A DNA stretch of 60,892 bases, the filler included, from Hausera hauseri (lineage: Eukaryota), in assembly GCA_046269625.1 (NCBI GenBank). It is 11 parts of 11 records of this genome, joined end to end, with 100 filler letters (N's around TTAATTAATTAA, not from the genome) between each part and the next. Parts side by side here need not be neighbours in the genome. Positions count along the whole stretch, not along the records: positions 21,405 to 28,249 come from JBJURY010059329.1; positions 28,350 to 36,220 come from JBJURY010899537.1; 9 more parts are not named here. One strand, given 5' to 3'. The notes beneath the pieces were generated by a model. That model was not told the origin of the DNA. It was given only the letters and a program-made list of their open reading frames with translations, and did not search any database. A program made the translations under genes and the position numbers. Of this stretch, positions 22,300 to 33,789 are shown one piece after another (within the stretch, counting starts at the first letter, position 1; each line of letters begins with the position of its first letter).

Positions 22300-23741
22300 T
22301 TTTGGCTTTATAAATGATCGACGGATGACGAAGTGATTACATCAAGAAAACGTTTAAGTCAAATTTTAATGGTCAAGAGATTTGTCAAATCTCAATTTCT
22401 TTCTACATATTAGGAAAAATTGAGTGTTAACACTTCAAAGTTCTGCTTGCAAAATCTTTTGCATATTATTCATCATCATAAACTTTTTTACATGTATAAC
22501 TAATTTTCATAAAATACCTGACTACCAGATTCATTAAAATGTATAAAATTCGGTTTGTTTAAGTTTCATATTTTCAAAGTTATACGATATAAAATTGTGC
22601 AAACAAAACCAGTAGAGTAATCAGCGAAAACAAAACCAGTAGAGTAATCAATCTGAAATGTAAATCAAATTATAAAATAAACAAAAAGAAAATTACTTTG
22701 AATTTCTTATCGTGATTTGTAATGACGAGAAATGATCTTTTATTTTCTTTCAATTTGTGATAATGGATTTTTATTTTGTTTCAATTTGTAATAATGGGTT
22801 TTTATTTACTATGTGCATTTTCTCCAATAATCCTAGACTATAAATACTGATGTGATTTGTACCATTTTCAATGTCTTATAATTTCAACAATTGTTACGCC
22901 ATGAACGCTACTTATGATTGTAAGTGATTTTATATTTATTGTTGATTATTTTTCGTTTCATATTTTGATTGGAATAATATTATTTTAATTAAATATTTTA
23001 TTTGGTTTTCATTTCTTTATTGTATTGATTAAAATTAGTAAAAGTATTGTATAGTAATAAGTATAAGTAATATAAATTCAGGGTCCCGTTATTTTTGGTA
23101 TACCTTCCGTTAAAAAGGTCGGTTGTCAAAATCCTATAATTAAGGGTGAGCTACGTCAGTGTACCTCCTGACGAACCTCGCACATTAAGGTCAAATAATC
23201 ATAAATAACTAGACTTCGGCGGACCCACAGGCCGCTGATTACCTCAATAAAATAAGTCGAGCTTGAGACAAGGAGAGGACTCAAGCTTTTAGATAAAGAG
23301 TATAAGTTTAAGGTCGAAAGACCAAGAAATCTTAACCTCTAAATTTATCAAAGGTGTAATATAAGTACTGATGAAAGTTGGATAGACTGATTGAAGTTTC
23401 TGTGTTAGGTTCGGGATTATAAAGAGTCCCATCATTGTAAAATCATGAAATACAAAATGCGTAGACAATATCATGTTTATTTCAAATATTTAAAATTCAA
23501 TTATTGATAATTGTTTCTTGAAACTCTAACGCATCTATTATTTATAAAATGAAATCAACATTGAAAGCTCCAAATATGATCTGTGCAAACTATACAACAC
23601 AAAATAAAAATATATACATTTTATATAGATTTCGACATGGACAGTATTGAAATGAAATGATAAATCTGTTTTGTGAAATAGATAGGCAATCTGATGAAAG
23701 CACGTATTTTTAGGCGGTATTAGTTAGTACACAATAAACAT

Positions 23742-24002
23742 TTAATTCTGAAGCAAGTCTTCCATGAATTCGTCAATAAAACCAGCAGCTATCGTTGGTA
23801 CGCCATAAATATCCGCCCGATTCGGTGTATCCGGAAGACTTCGATCATTTAAATAGAAAATTGCGTCGTCTAACTTTTTACAGTTTCGATCGGGTATCTC
23901 GTTGAGAATATTGCATGAATTGTGTTGAGGAATGCTGGTTTCGAGATACTCTAAATAATCCATTGGATCAAAATCCTGTAAATCGTATTCCACAGTGTCC
24001 AT
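23742..24002 (-). CDS. Orphan 86-aa acidic ORF downstream of the Gypsy element
   Basis: ATG-initiated and protein-like in composition within AT-rich flanks. No motif recognised. Confidence 0.3.
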   Translation of the reverse strand: MDTVEYDLQDFDPMDYLEYLETSIPQHNSCNILNEIPDRNCKKLDDAIFYLNDRSLPDTPNRADIYGVPTIAAGFIDEFMEDLLQN

Positions 24003-24332
24003 ATCTTTGTCATATCCGTTCGAAGTAAAATCCGTTTGACATTCCTGATTCGTTTGTAGGGAGTAGTAGTGCAGTCACACGATTGGCATTGTTTATGTTA
24101 AACTGTTGTCCTAGACAAGGTAATTATTTTAGTAGGAAGATGTATGAAAATAGGTTCCGTGGATCAATTATTCCTTATTTTAAATACCGACTTGGACAGA
24201 TTAGACATAGCCAAATCCGAGCACGATGAAATGAATGTGGCAAAAGCGCATCAATTCGTAGGAAATTACAAAACAAATAACAACAAATGAGAAAACAAAA
24301 CAGAGTATTTAAAAGTCCTTTTTGGGCACAAC

Positions 24333-27300
24333 ATAACCCCCGGTGGCAAAGCAACGACTAAAGAAGTAAGAAAAGGGAAGATGTGTAGAAACGGTGTATT
24401 TTGTCTAAGTGGGCTTTGTATGAATAAGACGTTGTACCTCTGCAGTGTTAATCTCCTTACTGTTGGTACTAAATGTTACTGATTTGAGAATTTTCAATGT
24501 CTTTGAGTCTAATTGCGGAGAAGACTGAGGTAAAATAATGTCGGATTTCGGCGTTGAAGGTGTTGTGTCGTTCAGTGACGAAAAAGAAACTGGAGGAGTA
24601 GATGTAGGAGAAAAGGAAAAAAAGGTTGGAAGGTTAGTAGAAGAGGAGTTTGGAGTAGGGTCAGATAAAGAAGTAGGTAAAGGGGTCGGAATGGAAAGGG
24701 ATGTATGGGTGTAGGAAGTGAAAAGGTACAAGGCGAAGGAGTCGAAAAAGGGGTCGGAGATTCAATTTTGGGGATGTCGTCTACAAAAAATGCAGGTTTG
24801 ACGTTGTTGATATGCACCGCTAGTTCCTTACCGTCTTTAGAAATAATGGTATTGTAAGAGTGCAATTGGACCAGATTGTAAGGCCCCAAATACCGTGGCT
24901 GAAAACCGCATGGTGTCTGGTTTCTCAGCCAGACAAATTTTGCAAAATATAAATCGTCGGGTAGGTACGTTTTATTGTTATGTATTATTCTGCAGAATGA
25001 ATCTTTACTGACTGAGACAAAATGATTCTGTGCAGTTAGGATAGCTTCGTCTGTAGGTGTATCTTCCAAGGCAGTTAACTCAAATAATGAACGTACAGGC
25101 GCTCCAAATAGGGCTTCCGTAGGTGAACGACCAGTAGAAGTAGAAGAGGTGTTACGCCAACCCAGAAGAACCAACGGAAGAAGAGTAGTCCAACTGCTAT
25201 TGGATTCTGCGAGGATTCTCAGTGACGTTTTTAGTGTTCTGTGGAATCTCTCTAAAAGGCCATTCGATTGGGGGTGATACGGTGATGTGTATATATGACT
25301 GATTCTTAATCGGTTAACGAGAGATTTAAACAAATTGGACTCAAATTGAGTACCTTGGTCCGTAATAATGAATCTAGGGGATCCAAATCTGCTGATCCAA
25401 GTGCGTATGAAAAAGTAGGTTATTGTGTCCGTGTTAGTGCTCCGTAGTGGGACAGTTTTTGGCCAACGTGAGGAACAATCCATCATGGTCAAAATGAACT
25501 GATGACCGCTGTCAGGAGAAAGAGGGCCAACGAGATCAACATAAACAGACTCGAAACGTGATGTGCACATGAAATGATATTGTGGTGGCTTCAATTTTTT
25601 GGTGATTTTAAATTTCTGGCAAGCCACACACTCCTTAACCCACTCTTGCACATCAGAACACATAGTCGGCCATAATACTTGCCAGTGGAGTAAGCGAAAA
25701 GTTGCCTTAGCATCAGGATGGTGCATTGAATGTACACTGTTAAACGCTTGCCGTTGTAAAGGTGGTGCGAGAATTATAGCGGAATGACCTGGTTTGGAAA
25801 TGTCTAAAGCCACGCCGTCAACAAATGTACAAGACTTAAAGGAATTAAGCATGTCCTGAGGTGACTGGTTCTATTGGAGTTGTAGTTGAGAGAATATTGG
25901 TGAAAAATTAAGCGAACCAATCGTCCTATATAGGAAATCGGCCATCAAATTATTAACCCCGTTAATATGTTTAATGTCAAAGTTAAATGTCGACAGATAT
26001 GATATCTGTCTTTCTTGGCGTAAGGAAGGATGTTTCATAGCCATGATGTTTAGCAAGAGCTTGTGATCGGTCTGTATAGTAAAACGGTGAGCTACAAGTA
26101 GGTGGGAGAAATGCTTTAAAGCGCGAACTATGGTCAATAATTCTCGATAGAACGTTGAATATAGAGTTTCAGGGGATGTTAGCTTACGAGAAAAAAATTC
26201 TAGTGGTTGATTTTCTCCTTTGTTTATTTGGTGAAGCACAGCACCTACCGCAGTGGTTGAAGCATCTGTAGTAAGGATGAGTTCCGCATCGGGCTTGGGG
26301 AAAGCGAGAATGTCGACGGTCTTAATTCCTTCGCGTAGCTTATCAAACTTATCAACCAGGTTAGGTTTCCACTGGATTGACTGATGTTTTTTGCCGCCGC
26401 TTAAGTAAGCAAATGGTGCAGTAAGTTCAGAGCAGTACGGCACATACTTGTGAACGAAGTGCAAAGTTCCCAAAAAACTCCTCATTTCTGTTGTTGTTCG
26501 AGGTAATTGTATACTTCTGAGAGCTTCAACACGTTTTATGGCTGAGAAGAATGTCCATTTGCTGAAATGATGTGTCCGAGAAAGTTAGTACGCTTTTGGA
26601 AAAAGCGACATTTCGTAAAATTAATTTGTAAATTGTGGTGGTTAAGTCGTTGAAAAATGGAACGAAAGTGTTCCTCATGCTGTTTGACTGAAGACGAAGC
26701 AATTAAGATATCGTCGATATATGGATGCGCGAAAGTTAAATCCGAGAAGATGGAGTCGATGTGACGCTGGAAAGTCTGCGCAGCGTTGCGTAAACCAAAA
26801 GGCATATAATGTATTCGTACAGGCCGAAAGGTATCGTAACGGCAGTTTTCTCGATGTCCTCGGGTGCGACAGGAATTTGATGATATGCCTTGGCTAAGTC
26901 TATGGTTCAATATACTATAGTGGAATTGAGCCGGTGCAGGATATCCTTAATTAATGGTAAAGGGTATGCATCCATAACAGTTAGAATGTTTAGCTGACGG
27001 TAATCACCGCATGGTCGGAAAGATCCACCTTTTTGGACAACGTGTAAAGGCGAAGACCACGGCGATTTAGAACTACATACAATGCCGGGACGTTCAAGAT
27101 ATAGAAATTCCGCTCCGACAGCTTGCCTACGACGAGGTGACAATGGACGTACCTTTTGACGAATAGGTTTTTGGTGTTGCGTTACGATGTGATGAAAAGT
27201 GCTGTTTGTAGGTGTGAAGGTTTGGTCCTTCTGGATTAAGGAGGGACATGAAGTGTGTATATATTGCCGTAGACTTGCAGGCAATTGCGAGAGATTGGGT

Positions 27301-28249
27301 GATTGTGATGGTGTTGAGTCAATATGTGTAGTGACGAGTGATGTTTGCGAGTTATTGTAATAAAGGGGAATTTGGTGTACGACAGTAGTATTAAAATGGT
27401 GTTTGAAGAGGTAAATTTGTCTAGTGAATGTATTGAACCAACACAATCGTAGTTGTCAAAATCAAAACTCAATTGAATATCGATATTATCGTTAAAAAAT
27501 TTACGAAATGAAAAATGCTTGTTGAAGAGGTTTGGATTGCTTAGAGGATTTTTCAGTATAGGCTTCCGCGGGAAGATCGTTTGCGCCTTAGCTGAGATAC
27601 TATTTATTAGTTCGGTAAGATATCCAGTAGTGTTACGTTTCAGAGATTGTTGTTTGCAATCAACTAAAAGATTATAGTGCGATAAGAAATCCGAACCTAG
27701 GATTGCTGTCCGGACATTAGCAATGGTAAACGTCCAATGAAACGTGGGCTGAAATTTGGTAAGGTGAATGACAATTTAGATGTACCCGAAATGTCTAGCG
27801 GTTCTCTTGAAGCCATAAATGACGATTTAGCTTTGAATGGTGAATTTTGTACAGGGAAAGTGAGTGATAACAAAGAAACCGCAGAGCCTGTGTCAATAAG
27901 GAAATCTATGGATTGAGTTGTTGGTGTGGTTATCGAAGCTTTTAGTGTAAAGACTGTAAAAAGAAGTGTATCGGAAGGTATTATTAGAGAAGTTGCCTTT
28001 GCCAGACTCTGCCGTGAGTACTGGTGGCGAAATTAGTTTTTTTGGATTGGTGAGATTGACCGACTATTACTAGGGGAAATAGAACGTCTGTCGGTAGCAT
28101 GATTAGCGTTGTTCTTATAGTTGTAGCCTGAAAGATATTTCTGAGAGTGGAATCCAAATTTCGCATTTAGACGCAAACGATCTTGTCTGAATGTAAATTT
28201 GGAGTGTAATATCTACACCCTAAACAGCATTTATTAGCTTTATTATGAA
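24333..28249 (-). mobile_element. Ty3/Gypsy LTR retrotransposon, decayed pol (PR-RT-RH-IN)
   Basis: FLIDTGSAVS (about 27900); SPWSSPLHVV..CGDYRQLN; [21 protein letters not shown]; TTDAS; DLVGPL..TDQGTQFES..YHPQSNG.LERFHRTLK. A G-run CCGGGGGTTA|TGT at about 24341-24333 is the likely PPT/LTR start. Confidence 0.95.
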
Positions 28250-30045
28250 NNNNNNNNNNNNNNNNNNNNNNNNNNNNNNNNNNNNNNNNNNNNTTAATTA
28301 ATTAANNNNNNNNNNNNNNNNNNNNNNNNNNNNNNNNNNNNNNNNNNNNAGTGCGGAGAAGCAAAGTGGGGTAGAGCGGAACCTGGCACTTTTATATAGA
28401 CCATTATTTTTGGCATCATGTGCCTCGAGGGAAGATATTACTGCCAACTGTTATTATTCCCCTGTGATAATCAAAATAATAATCATAAGTTTTAATAAGA
28501 ACTGTAAAATATTCAATATATTGTTGAGTAAAATATTTCCTAATATCACCTCTTCTGGCTGTAATGTTATTAAGAAGGATGGAGTGAGGCAGTCACAAAA
28601 ATAAATGCAAAGACGACCAAAGCGAGGCTGACAGTGTATAAAACAGTGAGACCGAGAGACGGCAGCTTTTAAAGTAGACACGGTGACAGTAATTCTGGTG
28701 TGCGCACGGGTTTCAAGGTGAAACTCTCTCCGCCGCTTTGCCAAAGTGAACTAAAACACCATCCCGGGAATAACATACCCACAACTAACACACATTAATG
28801 GCTTTTAATCCCCTCCTCCCTTTTTTCCCTCCATTTAACACAATTAAGATGTTTGCAAAGCTAACATGGCCCGCTAGTCACTATAAGAAGGACAGATGAA
28901 AGACATTCAGGGATTTTCATATGCAAAGTAAACACAGTTATCCAGCCTTTCTAACAAGCTGCTGTGTAATACCAAGAAACAAACCTTATAATTCACTGAC
29001 ACAACAACAATACATGAGCATGTAAACATCGGCGACTTAAGTGGTGCTTAATCCTCAACACATTGCGGTCGGACTACAAAGGGCTGCAGGACTCCCTGCC
29101 GTGAAGGACTTTACAGAAACCTATGATTTTCGGACAGCAAAGTTGGGCCGGGAGGGGAGGTGGGGCTGTTTTATTGTCGTCAGACTAACAAAGCCTTTGG
29201 CGCATGCGGCTGATTTTCAAACTCTCTTTGTTGGCTCTCCAGCCACAGATAATTATATAAATTCATTCCCCTTGGCAGTCGCTTTTATCAGGCTCATTTT
29301 GAAAGCCTGGATTCCTCTTGGACAAATTGGGACACTGAAAAGGCATATAGGAGTGATAGTTTTTACATTTTGTATCAGTACAAACTGATCATTTTGCACA
29401 ACAGCCTTAATTTTAATTTGTTTAAGATGTCTTTGCTTCTGTGAAAATAAGAAAAAATTTATTTATTAATTTTTAGGATTTATTACATGTACTATTCATA
29501 TGTGAGATGGAGATGCCTTTGGTTGGGCTTGAGATGAATATCTCTCATGGAGATGTACAACTTGAAAATCTGGTTCGACGAAACTCTAGCTCCACAACAT
29601 GACCAGCTAGGTCCCACGATTCTGCAAAAAGCCTTTGGCCTAGAATCACATTGTTGTTCTTCCTTGTCATTGTAGCATCATGAGGTGGCCTGCCAGTTTA
29701 TTGGGCCAACCCACAATTAATACTTTCTTTCAGCATCTTCATATCAAATTGAACTCCACTCACATATGTCAAATACTTATAATAAATACAATTAAATAAA
29801 AAATGGTACATAAAAAAAAAAATATAAAAAAAATATAAAGAAATAATTTCCTATTTTTTTGTATACTGAGAGGGCATCAAAATTAAAGTTAGTTATACTA
29901 AATTTAATTTTTAACTGGAGAAAATATTACTTTTTCTATACTGGGCCCACACCAGTTGAATTCTTATTAATTGCAGAATTCAAATCTTTCTTTTCAATTA
30001 TTCCTTAGCCTAAATCTAAATATTTGAAAAAATAGATAAAAAATA

Positions 30046-30076
<31 letters not shown>

Positions 30077-30105
30077 GATACAATTGCTTTACAATATATA
30101 TATTT

Positions 30106-33100
30106 TTAAATCTGCCCTTGGGTAATCAGTTGTTTGTGCAACTCTCTGCATTGAATTGCAGCTTTTCTTGTAGACTTTCCTCTTGGATTATCTTGACTGA
30201 CTGCAACCTCTTCATTCTTATTTTCTAATTGCAACCCTTTATGCAATAGTATAATATCAGATGGATGTCTGATTATGATCTCTCCATTTGCTTTCTTAAT
30301 GGTAACAGAAACCGCTTCCTGCAAATCATTTCTCATAACATCTGTCACGACACCCATATTATAGTTTAAGGGCTTACAAAACTTTTCTTTAATAGCAATT
30401 ATATCATTCACATCTAAATCTACATATGGTTTTGTTTTATACCTATCTTTTCTATTTACTGACATATATTGCAAATTCTCCACAAATTCATGGCGATAGA
30501 GTTCATTTAAATTATTTTTTACATTTCTATAATTTTTAAACAAGTTATATAGCTTTTCCTGATCTTTTTCTAAAGTCCAATCAGGGTCATTCAAATGATC
30601 TCTATCCTCATGCATGTGTGGTGATATATCTAGACTATTAACCTCATACCCTTTTAATAATACCTCTGGTGTTATAGCAAAGGGAACACTTGGATCTACC
30701 TCTGGGTCTCTTAATAAAGCTCTAAAGGCTAAAGGTCTTTTGTTTACTAAGGAAGAAGCTTCCTTAACAAGTAATAAGAATTCATCATATTCTAAAACAT
30801 TACTTCCCAGAGAGACATTTATAATATTTTTAACCTGCTTAACTAATGATTCAACAATACCACCTAGAAAGCTTGCTCTTCCAGGGTAAGGGTGAAATTT
30901 CAAAGATTCAATATTTTTTAATTTAAACCAATTTTTTACTTCTATTTCATTCATGAAGTTTTGAACAATGTTCATAGAACTAACTATAGAACTTCCCATA
31001 TCACTTAAAACACGTGATGGAATTCCAAACTCAAAAACATGCATTTGAAATGCCATGAGAAAGGATTTGTTATTTAAACTCTTACACAAAACAAGATTTA
31101 CTGCTCTTGTAAACATACATGTTAATATTAATAAATAAACTTTCTCATTTTCATTATTAATTTTAATATTAAAAGGCCCTACATGATCAATAAAAATTTC
31201 TTGAAAGGGTTTCATTTTAGGATTTACTCTGTATTCCTTATAGCTATTCTGATTTGTTTTTATGGCCCTACTATACATTAATTTACACTTCATGCAATGT
31301 TGTATATTCTTTTTTATGACTGAATATAAATTAGGAATATAAAATTCTCTTCTTACACTTGCAAGCATCTTATATATACCTGCATGTTTTAATTTCATAT
31401 GGTGCTCTTTCACTATGATCTGAGTTAAGCAATGGTTTTTTCCTAATAGAATTGGATTTCTTTGATTGAAATCAGCATTTAGTTTGGCCATTTTACTCTT
31501 TACTCTAATAATCCCATCCCCATCTAAAATTAAATTTAGTTGTGTTATTAAATGTGTTTCTTTATTTTTTCTTGGGTTTACTAGATAATTATAAGTATCA
31601 GGGAAATCTTCTATTTGGGCTTGCCTAATAATAGTATTACAACTCTCTCTATATGAACATTCAGAATTTACATCAAAATTTTCAAACAAACTTACATTTT
31701 TACTTTTAATTTTGATTTTTAAATTATGAATAAACTTTCTTACAAAGTGTGAAGTTTTACATATTTTTTCTAATGTTGAAAACCTATCCAATTTGAATAG
31801 TGCAACATTTGGGGAAATTGTTTGTATATTTAGGGTATAAATATTATAATTATGACCATTTTCTGAATGTAATGGATTGGGAATTTTAACTTGAATAATA
31901 TCACTTAAATTTTTTAGATCTGGACCCTCTAAATAATTACTTTTTTTCAAAACATTATAAGAAACACATCTAGTAACACAATCACTTGGATTTACTAATC
32001 CATTTATATGATGAAAAGTTACTTCATGCTTCTCACACATGCTAACTATAGAATTTAAATTATTATTTATAAGGGATCCTTTCCTTTCAATTTTATCAAA
32101 CCTTTCACATTTGTTTATTATCCAATTTAAACTGATAGTGGAATCAGTGTATAAATGCAGACTTTCTATTTTCACAGGGCAGAATGCCTTAGTTAAAACT
32201 TCATACATTTCCAGCATGCATTCCACTCCATATCTCACCCCTGTTAATTCTAAAATTGGAATTGTTCTACCGCTATATTTATCTGAGACAACTCTATTTT
32301 TAGCACATAAAAAATGTAATTTATCTGTCTGAGTATCTAATAGATATAATACATTACCATAAAATGATTTACTGGCATCAGTAAAGCATAGTATCTTATA
32401 AATACTTCCATAATGTCCTATATATCTTCTAATTTTTGGAAAAGTGCTTTTATTATATTGCTTACAAATCTTAGAGTATTCTCTTAATATTTTTGGACTT
32501 AATTTACTGTCCCATGTTATTTTTTTATCCTTCTGCAAGCTGTGTAAGAACAGTTTAGCTCTGTTTCTACCAGGCAGGCCTATATTCAAAGGATCAAAGA
32601 TAGAGTTGACTTCTGATAAAATTTTACGGAGAGTATTTGCTTCTGGATTTAATTTATTAATTTTATTATATAACATATCATTTCTATAATCCCATACCAT
32701 TCCTAAAAGTTTGGTTTCCCCAGTTAGGTCATTATTAGTCCCATTAGGGTATACCTCACTATTCATGAATTGTTGGAATTGGGGGGAGTTACTATAAAAC
32801 TGTTGAAGGTTAAATCTATATGAACTAAATATTGCAGTAGCTTTATGAAAGGCTAAAAGAATGTCACTCTCAAACCCTGACGAATAACCTATATTATCCA
32901 TGTATGACAGGTTATACATACACTTTCGGAGATGATTCTCAAAGTCATCACAAATATCAACATGCAACATTAAAATTATATAGATAGACATCATGAGAAT
33001 AAATGGACTACATCGTAATCCAAATGGCAGGCGCATTAATTTATACGCTACAACATCAAAATTATTTTCTTCTATATTTTTATACCATAAAAAATACAGT

Positions 33101-33768
33101 TTTTCAGAGTCTTCCTCCGGTATTCTTATTTGATGGTAAGCTTTCTCTATATCATAGACCAACAGAAATTTATTTAATCTTAATAGAGTCAATGCTATAT
33201 CTAATTTTTGATTTAGATTGGGTCCTGGGATACTAATATTATTGTGGCTTAAGTATTTTTTCTCAGATTTGTCACACAAATTTGACAAATAAACTATTCT
33301 GCATTTAGTCGTCTCGACATTATCTCTAAATACTGCATTATGTGCTATAAATGATACATTTTTATTATACTTTAAGGTATTTATATTTTCTACGGGTTGA
33401 ATAATACCACTTCTAATTTGTTCCCTCAACACTTGGTCGTATAACTCCAGTTTGTCCCTTTCTTTGCTAAATTTTCTTTTTATAGATTTTAGTACATTAT
33501 AAGCTAAATAATAATTATTTGGCAATAAATGTATTAATTTTGGGTTGAAGAGACATGGCATTATTAACCTACCATTTTCTCCTACTTGAGTATTCTGCAG
33601 TATATGTACAATAAGCTCTTTGTCTATCTCAGAAAAGGGGTCTGGAGTCCTAAACTCATCTATGTTTAAAACCTCATGCATTATTTTCTTTAGTTTATAG
33701 TTAGGATCATTTAATTCATCTAAATTTGGATGTAATTCACTGGGGTCAACAATATTTGAGGAAAACAA
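30106..33768 (-). CDS. pol: BEL/Pao Pol (RT-RNase H-integrase), open for 1220 aa
   Basis: GPNL..DIEKAYHQI; RLPFGLRCSPF; YMDN; FDPL; FTDASK..LCAKNR..TIPILEL; HAG..CMKC; DHVGP; SDMG; GGIVESLVKQVK..NKRPL. Confidence 0.95.
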   Translation of the reverse strand: MFSSNIVDPSELHPNLDELNDPNYKLKKIMHEVLNIDEFRTPDPFSEIDKELIVHILQNTQVGENGRLIMPCLFNPKLIHLLPNNYYLAYNVLKSIKRKFSKERDKLELYDQVLREQIRSGIIQPVENINTLKYNKNVSFIAHNAVFRDNVETTKCRIVYLSNLCDKSEKKYLSHNNISIPGPNLNQKLDIALTLLRLNKFLLVYDIEKAYHQIRIPEEDSEKLYFLWYKNIEENNFDVVAYKLMRLPFGLRCSPFILMMSIYIILMLHVDICDDFENHLRKCMYNLSYMDNIGYSSGFESDILLAFHKATAIFSSYRFNLQQFYSNSPQFQQFMNSEVYPNGTNNDLTGETKLLGMVWDYRNDMLYNKINKLNPEANTLRKILSEVNSIFDPLNIGLPGRNRAKLFLHSLQKDKKITWDSKLSPKILREYSKICKQYNKSTFPKIRRYIGHYGSIYKILCFTDASKSFYGNVLYLLDTQTDKLHFLCAKNRVVSDKYSGRTIPILELTGVRYGVECMLEMYEVLTKAFCPVKIESLHLYTDSTISLNWIINKCERFDKIERKGSLINNNLNSIVSMCEKHEVTFHHINGLVNPSDCVTRCVSYNVLKKSNYLEGPDLKNLSDIIQVKIPNPLHSENGHNYNIYTLNIQTISPNVALFKLDRFSTLEKICKTSHFVRKFIHNLKIKIKSKNVSLFENFDVNSECSYRESCNTIIRQAQIEDFPDTYNYLVNPRKNKETHLITQLNLILDGDGIIRVKSKMAKLNADFNQRNPILLGKNHCLTQIIVKEHHMKLKHAGIYKMLASVRREFYIPNLYSVIKKNIQHCMKCKLMYSRAIKTNQNSYKEYRVNPKMKPFQEIFIDHVGPFNIKINNENEKVYLLILTCMFTRAVNLVLCKSLNNKSFLMAFQMHVFEFGIPSRVLSDMGSSIVSSMNIVQNFMNEIEVKNWFKLKNIESLKFHPYPGRASFLGGIVESLVKQVKNIINVSLGSNVLEYDEFLLLVKEASSLVNKRPLAFRALLRDPEVDPSVPFAITPEVLLKGYEVNSLDISPHMHEDRDHLNDPDWTLEKDQEKLYNLFKNYRNVKNNLNELYRHEFVENLQYMSVNRKDRYKTKPYVDLDVNDIIAIKEKFCKPLNYNMGVVTDVMRNDLQEAVSVTIKKANGEIIIRHPSDIILLHKGLQLENKNEEVAVSQDNPRGKSTRKAAIQCRELHKQLITQGQI

Positions 33769-33789
33769 ACTATGGTGGTGAAGTAGTTG

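Noticed and set aside
22601-22806. Short direct repeats (AAACAAAACCAGTAGAGTAATCA x2; TTTCAATTTGT.ATAATGG.TTTTTATTT x2)
   Set aside because: Two-copy local duplications in AT-rich DNA with no array structure.
28350-29400. Short ORFs left of the BEL element
   Set aside because: No motifs; reads as host non-coding flank.
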